Assembly (NCBI RefSeq): GCF_003918875.1
Contig: NW_025767408.1
Coordinates: forward strand, 434,001 to 498,000
Origin: Haliotis rubra
Lineage: Eukaryota
Direction: 5' to 3'
DNA: 64,000 nucleotides
The notes under the pieces: model-generated
What the model saw: only the letters and a program-made list of their open reading frames with translations
Databases searched by the model: none
Told to the model about the DNA's origin: nothing
In this document: positions 15,364-28,546 of the stretch, in pieces
Layout of the letters: every line of letters starts with the position of its first letter
Position numbering within the stretch: the first letter of the stretch is position 1
Position numbers and translations under genes: made by a program

Positions 15364-18004
15364 TTTAGCAATGTTTTGTTTGCTGAACAATATTTGAAAC
15401 TGTATAAATAGATAACATATTGTAACAAAATAATATTTTAGTACCAATATATAGCTTAATTTGTGACAAATTGCTGATTAGGTGATAGCGCAAATACACC
15501 TTCATACACCCTTTGAACAGAAATAGGAACATGCACAAATGCAGCCAATGTTTGCATTTAAATACCTTTCTCAGTAGTTGAGTCATCTGACACCATTTCA
15601 TGAGAAAGCTTGTGTGTAAACAATTGGGTATATGTATGTTCATTGCTTAAATTGTTATCCATAGAATATTTACTTGGTACAATGCACAGACAGTGCATAC
15701 ATTAGCATATAATTTGTGAAATAATATATATTAGTTCATATATGGACAATAATTTGACAATTTTGGCCAGTAACAAGGAACATCTCTCAACATCATGAAA
15801 CCATCGAAGCATGTTTTGCACAAGATGACAATTCTGTGTTATTCAATGGTTATAACAACTGATATTCTGTTCTGCAAAAACTTTAAGTTATATCTGTTTA
15901 TATTCTGTATGTCTTACATGTGATTATGCTGAATGAAATGAACTTGTTTCATAGGAATGATCAAATTTATGTCTGAATGATTCTACCTTTTAAGATGGCT
16001 TAACATGTTCAATTCATATATTCAGAAATGATTAAATATAACAGAATATTAGCAAGATATTTGATTGAAAAAAAATGAAATAACATATTCAAAACAACCC
16101 TTAATAATCCAGTATGAAAATTTGAAACATGCATGGATAATTTATGGAATCAATATCATTACTTAGAGGCTGATCTTGAAAGGAATTAGACTGCTCCCTA
16201 CAACCTATTGTGTCAACTTATGACTATATCAGGTGAATATACATATCGAACCAACAGCTGATCGCTTTGTACAATGATCATCGTGGGTAGTCTGTAAATG
16301 CACTTACCATTGCAACATTCCATGACTAGGAATAGTATATAACAGATCAGTATGTAGTAACTATATGAATGGACAGTCGCTTCACTAGGCCAGACCACTG
16401 ACCTATCTGGTCAACACGGGTCAACAGTGCCATACATTCAACCCACAGAGCCGATGACATCTCGGCCTGCAGTTACTCCTCAAAACACAGCATCTGTGAC
16501 ATACTGTATGTCGTACATATCTTCCCTTGTGTCGTGACAGTTGTCTGCAGTCTGTCTGTGCTGCAGCCTGAAACTGACTGTATCATATAACATCCAATCA
16601 ACATCAACTTGAAAATTACACTTTCAATTTCCTGCATAATTTGAGGCAATTGTTTTGCCTCACTGTAAAAAGTTGCCCCGGGCTGCCCTAGGTTGCCACT
16701 ACATCAAGTACACTTCCCTGGACAGAGAATGGGTAGAGAAGATGCTTGCCCTATGAAAACAATCTTCTTGCTTGATTTATGGATTTTCCTGTTCAGATTT
16801 GCAAATTATATCCAACAGACCTGATCTTGAGGTCTTTTGAAACCAAAGAGGCATCTATAATTGCATATCTTTTAATCTGACATAACATTGTAAAATTTGA
16901 TTATTTACTTTTGTGAATATAGACAGGTTTATCCATAAAACAAGAAATATTATTGGTAGAACAGAAAAAAATGTAATATGACAATGTAATGTGTTAATGA
17001 AGCCCAATTTTATCCTGCAGGCATCAAGGTATGACAACGGCAGTAACGCCGTCACTGTCTCGTACTATTGTCACGCGTCGGTATCCGATGAAATGTACGT
17101 GTGTACCTCACAAGCTATGTCACTCACTGGCCTTACTTGACTACTGGAATAAGTATTGCTTTGTACACCAAACAAATGATTACATACATGAAGCATGCAC
17201 TTCAACAACTGAAGCACATCTCAACAGAATATGTTAGGTACTGAAAATCATGTTTTAATGGTTGAGCCAAATTCTGTTTTCAGTTTGACACAATGTTTGA
17301 TTCACTATCACTGATCTGTGCTACAAAGGTCAATATGTACGTAATGGTGGTGTTCAAAAATATTTGTTGGTCAAATTTATTGTATTTTGAAAATGTTTCA
17401 AATGCTTATTAAAAAAACAAAACAAAACTAAGCACACACTTAGTCAATATCCCATTAGGCCAAGAGTTGGACAAGTCTTGTCATTACAAAACAATTGAGG
17501 CTTAAGTGAAGTTAATTGGACCAAACTAGTACATTTTGTAACAGCCATGTGATACAGAGAATCAAACAGAACAGCTGGTTGATACGAACGACTATACTGG
17601 TAGATTTCAAACCTGCAAGCTTATACTGAGCCTGTCCATACAGCATTAACACCATACATGTCTCACCTCACTTGTCAGTGCTAGATAATGCATTAAGATG
17701 TATATCTGTAGCTTAAATACATATACATATGAAATACAACAGGTCTAGGCACTGGTGTTGACTTCACTCCCCTGCCCGGTTTGGCCTCCTCATATACACA
17801 CCCACATCCATGTAGAATCACAAAATATGCGACAAACCACCCAGGCTTATACTAAACTTCATCAGCTGACAGAACTCATTCCTTTGGCCACGTGTTTAGG
17901 GGAAGAGTTAACATTACAAGGCAAAGGACAGTTTGTGGTTTGACACTGGTCAATATCAGGTCATTATGATGAGGCATGTACAGACACAAACTCACAGATG
18001 TCCA

Positions 18005-19538
18005 TTATCGGCTGTCACTAGACTTATCAGACGACTTGTCAGAGAATCGATCAGAATTTTTATCCGAATGTTTCTCCTTCTTAGAGAAGAGTCCCTTCTT
18101 GAATATGGAGGAAGATTTCTCCCTGGTCACATGTATTCCACCGTTTGATTCCATGGGACTCCTGGAGTGCTGAATCAGATAGTTGTAAACATTTGGAAGT
18201 GAGCGATCATCACTTTTGTCTCGTCTAGCGTACAATGACAGCATGTAGTTGCCGCTGCGAGTCAGAGTGATGTTGAAGCGCATGATTGTTGGACGGTCAT
18301 CAAGCCGGGCCATCTGGACATAATCTCGGTTATCCTCGTCGGGTTCCCTAAGGAACTGGAAGGAAAGGTTGATATTCTGAGGAACTTCCAGCTCAATATG
18401 ACACAGATTGGAATCAGATATACGGATCTTAGGATCCTTATGTGAAACCAGCTTCAGCCCAAACTCGTCAAAGGAACTTGTGGGTCCCCATTTATTCTTA
18501 GAGGAGGAGGAGGAGGTTTTGGGAATTTCCAGCGGAGTGTCGACCTTGGTGCAGTTAATGAGATACTTGCAAGCATGGGATAAGGTGTTGGAATCTGACA
18601 CCCCTTTCGGACGAGCATACAGGTCAATGCCATACTGTCCTGTCTGTGGAAGGGTGATGGTTAATGTCAAGATTTTGGCATCGGCAGAAAGATGCACAAA
18701 AGGATCAAAAATTTGATCTTCGACTTGATTCATTCTCAGTTTGGCCACAAACTGTAAGGGCCTTGGAATATTGAACTTCACACTGAATTTTTCTTCAACC
18801 GTGAGTATTCCTGCCTTGGAAGTTTCCACATTGTCACTAGATTCACGCCCTTCGAAAGGCACAGCTGTAAGTCCGAAGTGTCGGAGGGCCTTCTTGGGCC
18901 CCCATTCCCCAGCTGCACAGTTGGGAAGCGGATGCATCTTTCCGGACATAGTTGTGCACAGGATCTTAAACTTACACGCACACTTCAGGCGGAATGGAGC
19001 AAAGTTTGCATTGTTTTCCTCAACACACCGATTGGTCTCATCGATCTTGTTTGCAAAAATCTCAAAGAAATAATCAGCAACTGTAGGGACATGGACACTG
19101 AAGGTGACTGTGTTATCCACCATGGTCTGGAAGACGAACCGCTCCAGGCTAGCTCCGCGGTAAGACAGCTCATGCTTGCGCTCTTTATCAGCAAATCGGA
19201 GCTGATAGAAAAACACAAGATCATTTTCCAGTTCCTCTGGGATCTTGATGCTGATTTTCACACCACCTTTGTCATCAGTCTCCAACACTGCCAATCTGCT
19301 TTGATCAAACCTCATCCCGTAGTGGAAGAACACTGATCGCACAAACGGCAAGGCTTCGAACTCTGGCAGAGTGATCGGGGTCACAAGCAGCTGCCATTTC
19401 TGCTCATATGGCCAGAACTCCTGGATGAACTCATCAGGGTCGGTGAGGAAATAGTGCTCGTCGTACTGGTAGCGGATCTGGTCTCGCTTCTTGGGCTTCT
19501 CCTTGTCCTTGTCCTTGTCCTTGTTCAGCACCAGGTGT
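18005..19538 (-). CDS. Hillarin/LTD-1/KY-like protein, terminal exon (end of transglutaminase-like domain and C-terminal Ig-like repeats)
   Basis: YDEHYFLTDPDEFIQEFWPYEQKWQLL...EFEALPFVRSVFF, CKFKI, CKYLINC and VYNYLI motifs typical of hillarin/KY. Acceptor CTCGCAG| at 19539/19538; the first 26 aa of the tracked ORF are intronic. Confidence 0.9.
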
Positions 19539-19624
19539 CTGCGAGAAGGAGGAAGAGCAGTAAGAAACTGGGACAAATACTTTAACTGGACACGAGATTC
19601 AATTAAAAAACCCATCAAAATAAA

Positions 19625-19782
19625 TGAGTGAGTGAGTGGTCTTATGCCACTTTTAGCAATATTCCAGCAATATCACGGCAGAGGAAACCAGAAATGGACT
19701 TTACACATTGTACCCACATGGGAATCCAACCCGGGTCTTCGGTGTGATAAGCGAACACTGTTACTGCTAGGCTACGAACCCC
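19625..19782 (-). mobile_element. SINE family A
   Basis: (GAGT)n tail and family A body on the minus strand. Confidence 0.82.
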
Positions 19783-20194
19783 ATATAATGTGAGAAGTAA
19801 AATTCATTGGGTCAATAATTATTTTTTAATCATGTTGTCATTTACTAAATTTGCTACTTTGTTAAAGATACTTTGATAATATAGGACAATGAATATGCTT
19901 CAGAAACAACTGGAAATAGTGAAACAATGTTGATCCTAACTGTACTGTCCCAAAAGCTGCTTCCAAAAACTTTTATGTCACATCAGCAATATTTCAGACA
20001 TATCATTACAAGTAGTTGGACGTTTGGAAAAATTATTCTGACATTCACCAGATTAATCGATCAGGTCTTTGTAATAATCTCTCCACAAAACTTTAAAAAA
20101 TCTAATCAAGAAGTCATTCTTTTGGAAGAAATTCAGACTGACGAAGTCTAGACGAATACTGTATGCCACATAAGGTAATATAGTACTCCTGTAC

Positions 20195-20350
20195 CTGGCT
20201 CCCCAGTTGCACTGTATGAGCCTCCAGTCCCCGTCAATCAGCACGCCGTTCCACGTGTTCTGGAAGGTGTCAGGATTGATCTCCATGCCAGGCTCGTACC
20301 CCACACTCTTCGAGTGGCCCTTGATCTCCACACAGTGCAGGCCACAATAG
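20195..20350 (-). CDS. Hillarin-like exon (transglutaminase-like core)
   Basis: SYCGLHCVEIKGHSKSVGYEPG...FQNTWNGVLIDGDWRLIQCNWGAR; TTGCAG| and AG|GTACAG. Confidence 0.92.
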
Positions 20351-20354
20351 CTGC

Positions 20355-21221
20355 AACACAACACAAACAGTGTCACAGTGACTTCAACACGACACAAACA
20401 GTGTCACAGTGACTTCAACACAACACACACAGTGTCACAGTGACTTCAACACAACACACACAGTGTCACAGTGACTTCAACACGACACACACAGTGTCAC
20501 AGTGACTTCAACACAACACACACAGTGTCACAGTGACTTCAACACGACACACACAGTGTCACAGTGACTTCAACACGACACAACACAGTGTCACAGTGAC
20601 TTCAACACAACACAAACAGTGTCACAGTGACTTCAACACAACACACACAGTGTCACAGTGACTTCAACACAACACACACAACAGTGACTTCAACACACAC
20701 ACAGTGTCACAGTGACTTCAACACAACACACACAACAGTGACTTCAACACACACACACAGTGTCACAGTGACTTCAACACAACACAAACAGTGTCACAGT
20801 GACTTCAACACAACACAAACAGTGTCACAGTGACTTTCAACACAGTGTCACACAGTGTCACAGTGACTTCAACACAACACACACAGTGTCACAGTGTCAC
20901 ACAGTGTCACAGTGACTTCAACACAACACACAAACAGTTCACAACACAGTACACAAACAGTGTCACACAGTGACTTCAACACAACACAAACAGTGTCACA
21001 GTGACTTCAACACAACACAAACAGTGTCACAGTGACTTCAACACAACACAAACAGTGTCACAGTGACTTCAACACAACACACACAGTGTCACAGTGACTT
21101 CAACACAACACACACAGTGTCACAGTGACTTCAACACAACACACACAGTGTCACAGTGACTTCAACACAACACAAACAGTGTCACAGTGACTTCAACACA
21201 ACACAAACAGTGTCACACAGT
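20355..21221. repeat. Minisatellite, ~31-bp unit ACACAACACA(A/C)ACAGTGTCACAGTGACTTCA, roughly 28 copies
   Basis: Direct reading; abuts the acceptor of exon 20350. Confidence 0.95.
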
Positions 21222-21762
21222 GTAGCTTGGTTAAAGCACTAACCACATTCTCTGTTAGTTCACCCTTTGTCATAAGCTGCTCTACACAAACAGGCCACCA
21301 GCTTATAAACTAAATTGCAAATTATATAACTTATATATTGCAGTGTGGCAGAAATATTGTTCACATCCTAAGGTTTTAGCATTCTGACAATATTTTGCTT
21401 CAGCATAGGATGTGAATTAATCTTCCTACACAAAATTTAAATTAACCAATTTGTTCATTTAATTTAACATGGCAATAATTAATGTAAGCATATGCTTATT
21501 AATTCAAATTCCAACAGGAAATAGAAACTTTGAGTTCTTTTCTTATAATCCTACCAAACCAATATTCTTTGAAATTGTTTTTAAACAGAACAACATAACT
21601 TTCATCAAATTTTTGACTACTGTCCAAAGGTTTTGAAAGACAAAATATAAACCAACAAATACAAGGAGTAAGGCCCTATGTGGTAAACCACTGTCACAAG
21701 GAATCAAATTTACACATATATAAAACGATGAGCACCAGACCCAGGAAACAGGCGGAATGGTT

Positions 21763-22015
21763 AGAGTGAGTGCATGCGTGAGTTTAGTGTTACGCTGCAC
21801 TCAGCAATATTACAGCTATATGGCGGCGGTTTGTAAATAATCAAGTCTGGACCAGACAATCCAGTGATCAACAGCATGAGCATCGATATACACAACTGGG
21901 ATACGATGAAACGTGTCGACCAAGTCAGCCAGCCTGACCACCCGATCCTGTTAGTCACCTCTTACAACAAGCATGGGTTACTGAAGATCAATTCTAACCC
22001 ATATTTTCACGTGTC
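21763..22015 (-). mobile_element. SINE family B
   Basis: Reverse-complement homology to 3640-3906; begins ~25 nt from the donor of exon 22040. Confidence 0.85.
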
Positions 22016-22039
22016 GGAGGTGGTTATAACATGTCCTAC

Positions 22040-22183
22040 CTGCAGAGTCTCATGAACAGCACATGGTAGGTTTCGGTTCCAAACTTAATGCCCCTCAGCA
22101 GTCCCATGGGTGTGTCCTCCTCGATGGTTTCATCAAACTCCATCACATTAAGGTCCTTGACGGTGATCCAGCGGTAGATAGCT
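22040..22183 (-). CDS. Hillarin-like exon
   Basis: AIYRWITVKDLNVMEFDETIEEDTPMGLLRGIKFGTETYHVLFMRLC; CACCAG| and AG|GTAGGA. Confidence 0.92.
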
Positions 22184-22840
22184 CTGGTGGACAACCGACA
22201 CAAGCACATGTACATAGTAAACCACAGGGATACACCATAGAGAATGCAGTGAGTGAATCTCAACCATCAAACCAGTATGGCTGAAGTATGACACCACCAC
22301 TGACCTTCAGACAAGGTAACTATGTGGGGGTCCAACACAGGGCCTTCAGATTATCCAGCAATCCCATAGCCCCTATTTATAGTTGAGCATGAAAAGGATG
22401 ACCTTCATAAATATACTTTTTTTATACGGTAGCTTCCCCAAATAAGTGAAATTGCTTCAGATGTATACTATACAAATATTATTGTCATACAAGTTAGAAT
22501 GTTGAGATGTTGATGAAATAATATTAATGCTGCTTGAGAGAGAAATAGATTTCTGAGCAGGATAATAAATCTTTCATACCCAGCCACAAAGAAAACAGGC
22601 TGCACATTTCTGATTGAGAGGATAAATCCCTCCTACCTAAGTAAAAAGCTGCAAGCATTTAATTTTAAAATTAAATATCAATCATGTTCTTCACAACACT
22701 CCCCGAATTTGTGTTCTCTTTTTCCATATGTTTCCCATTAATTGTTATGAAGTTAGAGATCCCCTCTCTGACTATTTCAACACCTACTGACCCCACAACA
22801 TCAGACTACTACAGTTGTGTTGCCTGTGGCTGTAGCTTAC

Positions 22841-22923
22841 CTGGCCTTCTCCAGGTCCGACATAAGGTTCTCTGTCAGCTCCTTGACCAGGTCCGTGTAG
22901 GTCAGCTGTTCACCTTCAGCCAC
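22841..22923 (-). CDS. Hillarin-like exon
   Basis: VAEGEQLTYTDLVKELTENLMSDLEKAR (not in ORF track); CAACAG| and AG|GTAAGC; phases match. Confidence 0.9.
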
Positions 22924-23015
22924 CTGTTGGGGGGAAAGGGGTACATACATTGAGGTACATACACTGCAGCTACATGGTGGATGTATCATAGTACATACTC
23001 AGCAGAAGGTTTTAA

Positions 23016-23225
23016 GGAAGACACAGGAATAATCTGTATACTACTGGAAGACACAGGAATAATCTGTATATTACTGGAAGACACAGGAATAATCTGTATA
23101 TTACTGGAAGACACAGGAATAATCTGTATATTACTGGAAGACACAGGAATAATCTGTATATTACTGGAAGACACAGGAATAATCTGTATATTACTGGAAG
23201 ACACAGGAATAATCTGTATATTACT
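23016..23225. repeat. Minisatellite, 30-bp unit GGAAGACACAGGAATAATCTGTATATTACT x7
   Basis: Direct reading; near-identical units. Confidence 0.95.
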
Positions 23226-23560
23226 ATATGGTTAGGAACAAAGCAGAGCATCATAAAATCCCAATTTCTTGATTCTCTGAAGCCAGCAGAAGTAACACAG
23301 GACACTATGCCCGATACTAAACAATGAATGGATGGGGACACAGAAACTAGTAGCATTATACAGAACCACTCCAGTGCATATTTATAGTCCAAACTGACAC
23401 AGAAATACTTCAGCAATGATTTAAAAATTCAGTCGTTTTTATATGGTGTTTGTCATGGCACTGGTTATGTTACTAATCTTGTTGCCATCATTTGGAGGAA
23501 TGTCTAGCTATCCTTGCATTACTGACAGCTTGCAACACATCTCATCAAATTATGAAGTGT

Positions 23561-23703
23561 CTGTTCAGTACAGTAACATCCTGTTCAGTACAGTAACATC
23601 CTGTTCAGTACAGTAACATCATAATGATAAACGGCTAAGACTAGGTATGTCTTATAAGGTGTGGGTGTGGGTGTGGGTGTGGGTGTGGGTGTGGGTGTGG
23701 GTG
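23561..23703. repeat. 20-bp repeat x3 (23561-23620) and (GGGTGT)n hexamer tract (23658-23703)
   Basis: CTGTTCAGTACAGTAACATC x3; GGGTGT x7. Confidence 0.9.
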
Positions 23704-26546
23704 AGTTTGGTCTTAAGCCTGCCAACCCCTCACACCTTCCATGCTTTTCATGGCCCTTCCAACACAAGTTTTTTATGACCCTACTCATAGCGGCCTCACT
23801 TCACTTTACATTTAATTCACCTGATGTTCCAAATACCTTGCAGACAATAGAAATAGACGTTTCTTCCCTCATGAGATAACCATATACACAGTCATGTGGA
23901 GGTGTGACATCCGTCAACAGTTCCCAGGTGCCATGGACAGTTAGTTCATTAAAAATGAATTCAGCCGACTCATATTACTTAAACACTCAGCTGAAACTCT
24001 GTTAATGTATTCATTGTAGCCTCACATACATTTATATATACTACTCAACATTTGCTAAGGATCAAACAAAAGATTACTGATCTGGTCCTTGACAAATGTT
24101 GGGCAGTATACATCAGAAATCACAATGCCAACACTAAACTTCTTGAGGTCTTAATCAATTTACAAAAAAAAAAATGCACAACAAAACGTTTGAGATGAGC
24201 ATAATTACATCTAATAATTGAGAAATTCCACACATGAAAGGGAACATTTCGTCTTGATTGTCCTGTTGCCTTAGTGATCATCCCTTGCATCAACAACATA
24301 ACCAAACATGCATGAACAAGCCACTGTATATTCCATGATCAGTCTCCTGTGATCAAACCAATCACAGATTTATAACTTTGTCTACTGGAAGCCAGGTGTT
24401 GAGATTTAGCATTATTTACGTCACCCTGACAAATCAGTGTTTTAATCACCCTGGCAGGCTGAACCGAAGGACTACAAGACGTGCGCTGGTGTTTAACAAA
24501 GTAGCTTGGGCCAACTGAAACAAGGATTTGGAGCATACAAGCTATGTTTGAACTCTGCAGGAATGGTGCATTTGTGAAACAGGTTCTGCTCTGATAAATC
24601 TATTGGTGGCTACAGATGATATCAGCAGACAGTGTATGTGATGGTATTCTGTTGCGTACACAATTCACAAGCCAATGCTTTCGTGACAGAAGACTTATTT
24701 GTTAATGGCTGATTTAACTGCTCTTCAAAAAGATGATATGGACATAAAACTGTCGTTCAACTTCTTTGAAAGAAATTTGTATCAGCAAAAATAATGAACT
24801 TATAACACAAGATTCTACTCTTACAGACTCTCAAATCTCTGAATAGATTCCTGATATATTAAGAGACATGTTTATTATAGTGGGTGAGGTTTAACGTCCC
24901 TTGACAGGTATTCCAGTTGTACAATCTGAGCTTGACGTGGGAAGAAAGCCTAAGACATATATGTCTCAATGATAAACCTGAAATCGTGATAATTGTTGTG
25001 GAAAATGAAAGCTATATGTTCTCACAATCTACTGTCATTTAATTTTGTCTCCTGCTTTGCCTAGTTTCCGAAGTTACAACTTGTTTTCATAGACGCATTC
25101 TGTCAAAATCGATTGGTGTCAGTAGGGGTCCCTATTTGTATAATGACTGATCCAAATTGATCCCATTTCTGTGTTGTTTTACCTCGATATTTAATCATGT
25201 CATGTAAAAATCTGTTTGTATTCTCAAAACAGTGTCGGCCCATAAGTTTTCACATGCAATACAGCAATTAATACTCCCTCAAGTTGTAACCCGTGGTTAG
25301 GTGGTATAAACCTACACATGTTATTTGTCATCATTCACTTGATGGTCAGTTAATGAATTTATAACAGGTATAATTAGTGGTAACACACTTAGATTACCCG
25401 ACAAAGGTTCCCATTTGGCATTTCTTGTGTCTGGAGTAAATATTCAACATTATAAAGATCGATCAAAGGATTAACCGATAACACGCTGATTGATTAATTA
25501 CTTTTATCTTACACAGCTGAATTGTCAAAAGGTAGTGTTTATGTATGTAGATTTACTAATCTATACTGAATACACTCTGTCGTGGTCGGTGTTCATGCGA
25601 AAACAACGCCCTTCTTTCAAAGGATTAACCGCAATACATTGATTGATTGCCCATTATTGGCTAACTAAATTACTGTTTTTAAAGAAAGGCGGACATTATG
25701 CAATTAGTTGCCAGGTGTGCTATCTTGGGTGACCAATGAGACTATACACCAATACCTGAAAAGATTTATCACTTTTCAGATATTAAACTGTTAAAAGACA
25801 CATCATTTGGAACAGTTGTGTGGATATTGATGGATACATTCCTAACAAGGTAATGGCCTGATATTGTTCCTATAACTTTAATCTGTTTTAATTTTAATAT
25901 TTGCATTTTGTTTTTATTCATTTGTCGTAGCATTCAACAGAATCATTGTTTTCGCCGTGAAGTGTAATGAGACAGACAACATGCACTAGGAAGTGTGTGC
26001 GAATTATGATTCACATTGGCAAACTATAAAATGTCTAGATATTACAGTTCTGTTATAAATTCACTATAAGTATCAGCAGATCGCCTGCTTTTCATTTAGT
26101 TTCAAAATGCATACAAGTGTGATAATAAACTAATTAGGATTATAAGACAAAAATATAAAGACTATTACATTGACTAGTATCTACATACTGGTGAGTGGAC
26201 ATTAACCATGGGAATGTAGCAAGAAATTTATCGCTACAGTATTGTGGACTTCGACCCCACCTCGCCTCCGTGGAAGAAATCGCTATGTTATAAGTTGTGT
26301 CATGCAAAATCCGTTTGGTTATGATTCCAATACATATTTAACAACGAGTAGAAAGTAGTCTTGATTTTCTAACTTGATGAAAACAAACTATAATCTCATT
26401 AATTCTAACAGATTTGTTTATTTTAAAATGGCGGCGCTCTATCGGGAACATCCGCCAGTCTGAGGATAAATGGTATTGTTAAGCCTTTGTTTTGACCCTT
26501 GAACACAGGCATGTTCCTAACAAATCTAGAAGCAGAATCGCTGTGA

Positions 26547-26866
26547 GGCCAGACCAGTTTTATTTCTTGTTTTATGGATCCGGTGGTTGTATTTTTTCAA
26601 GAATAAGAAAAAAAAAAAAATAATTTTCCTCGCTCAAAAATAAAATCCTCATGTTTTATTGGCCAAAAATGTAAACTTACAACAAATAATTTTTTGATTG
26701 TTTTTTGCCCCATATAAAATTCATAAATTGCCAAAAATAAAATACTTTTAGCATTTAAAAGGAAAATTATTTTGACTAGTGATTTTTATTTTTTATTTTT
26801 TCCCTCCTGCCTTTAGGTTTTCTGGGGACAAAAATCCGTAAAACAAGAAATAAAATTGGTCTGGCC
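26547..26866. mobile_element. MITE with 3-bp TSD (Harbinger/Zator-type)
   Basis: ~33-bp TIR GGCCAGACCA(G/A)TTTTATTTCTTGTTTTA(T/C)GGAT; TGA on both sides. Confidence 0.82.
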
Positions 26867-27493
26867 TGAACTGGGATTGAAACCCTCAGGTTTGTGGCAT
26901 TTCTAATGGACACAGCTGCACTGCAATGCAGGATGATTATAAGGTATATGTTTACTATACAGGGAAAGCCCACGACCAACAGCGAGTCTGTACACGCATG
27001 GTCCGTTCATCTTCTCCATCAGAACAAAGCGTCTTCAAATATTATGTCTCCCTTATACTTAGTGTAATCATGCAATCTCGTTTATAGGGAACATGTCAAT
27101 AAGTCAAAAGTGACAACCGGGTTTCACCATAAACGTCATTATATAATCAATATGACAAACAGCTAAATGACTGTCGGTGTTAATTACACTGTCACACAGT
27201 CAATGATTTATCGGCAAAGACCATGAAGGTGTCATTGATCGGGAGAGACTGATCAGCTGGCTTGACAGGTGTATTCTTGGCCACTGTTGGCTATGGAAAG
27301 GCTATTGGCAAAGTGCTACAGTATAACATGTATGTGACAAGAGGGTTGATGGATGGGTCAGTCTGGTCGTAACCCCCGCCTTGTTGGTGATGGGTGCCGA
27401 TAAACACGGTAGTACATTGAACCTGTGGCTTCATTCTCATTCTTAATCATGGACCTACTGTTTTCAGTGCAGTTGGATTGTGTTTCTGCAGTG

Positions 27494-27608
27494 GAGTGAG
27501 TGAGTAAGGTTTTACACTGCTTTTAGCAATATTCCAGCAATATCACAGCGGGGGACACCAGGAATGGGCTTCACACATTGTACCCATGTGGGGAATCGAA
27601 CCTGGGTC
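27494..27608 (-). mobile_element. SINE family A, 5'-truncated
   Basis: Tail through B box only. Confidence 0.8.
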
Positions 27609-27990
27609 TACAGCTTGATCGTCCGTTTGACCATTTCTGCAGTGGAAGAGATGATGATACACGAGTCCAACAAAACTTGCATGACATCTTATCCCCTGAC
27701 TTATTAGACAGCAAGGACACATTTTCTCCCTCTAACTCTGAAGGTCAAACCTTAACCTCAAGGTCACAAACATGTTGTCATGGCTACCGTCACGTTGATA
27801 TGACAGGTATACCTCAATGTCAACCTTGTGTTGTCAAGATCACTCGCATATTGTCAAGATCACCTATATCACTCAGCACTCTGTAAGTTGTACATCAATT
27901 TACTATGTTCTATTTTGGTGAGATTTCACCACATGCTGGGCACTGTAAAGCCATTATATTTGTCCCATGAGGGTGAGAGGTTCAACTCAC

Positions 27991-28161
27991 CTCAATAACT
28001 TGCTCATCAATATCGCTGAAGACGCTGACGTCACTGTAGAGATTTCTCTTCCGACAGCGTGGTGGTTTAGGTGACGGTGGTTCGAAGACTGTTGGCGTCT
28101 GCAGCACCTCTATTATCTCTTCCACTGGTGGCTCAGACACCTGCCCTGTCGATTGCTCTGT
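27991..28161 (-). CDS. Hillarin-like exon (Pro-rich linker)
   Basis: TEQSTGQVSEPPVEEIIEVLQTPTVFEPPSPKPPRCRKRNLYSDVSVFSDIDEQVIE; TTCCAG| and GAG|GTGAGT; phase 0/0. Confidence 0.87.
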
Positions 28162-28546
28162 CTGGAAACAACAACATGCTCATCAGCTGCTACAGTGATC
28201 AACTCGAGATTTTGTAAAGAAAGGAAGTTAAACAACAACAAAGGGTATTTTACAATTTTTAATGTTTGTGATTTTCTAAAATCCTGGAATTGAAAAGTTT
28301 TGGGAACTATTTAGAATCCTCTGTTCCACAGAGTGTCATCTAATTAATATCATGTGGATCCACAAGGGCATGAAAGGAACACGATGACCTTGTTTTTTAC
28401 AGCTTTAATTTTGTCAATTTATTTATATAAACTAGCCATACAATTTAAAAAACCATGTAAACCAAATCATTAAACAGTTGAACTAGAACAGGATCCCTGT
28501 CCTCTGGTGCAACTACTCACAGACTTCCACGAAGGTCACCCCTCAC

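Noticed and set aside
18408-19336. Plus-strand ORFs of 102-152 aa antisense to the hillarin last exon (also 3191-3502, 32480-32755)
   Set aside because: Shadow ORFs of real coding exons; no recognisable product or splice support.
19539-19618. N-terminal MMGFLIESRVQLKYLSQFLTALPPSR of the 537-aa ORF as a protein start
   Set aside because: Intronic read-through; a canonical acceptor at 19539/19538 joins in phase to the upstream CNWGAR exon.
20355-21221. Repeated CACAGTG resembling the V(D)J/ProtoRAG RSS heptamer
   Set aside because: No good nonamer at 12/23 spacing, no inverted terminal arrangement and no RAG/Transib ORF; the motif follows from the CA-rich unit.
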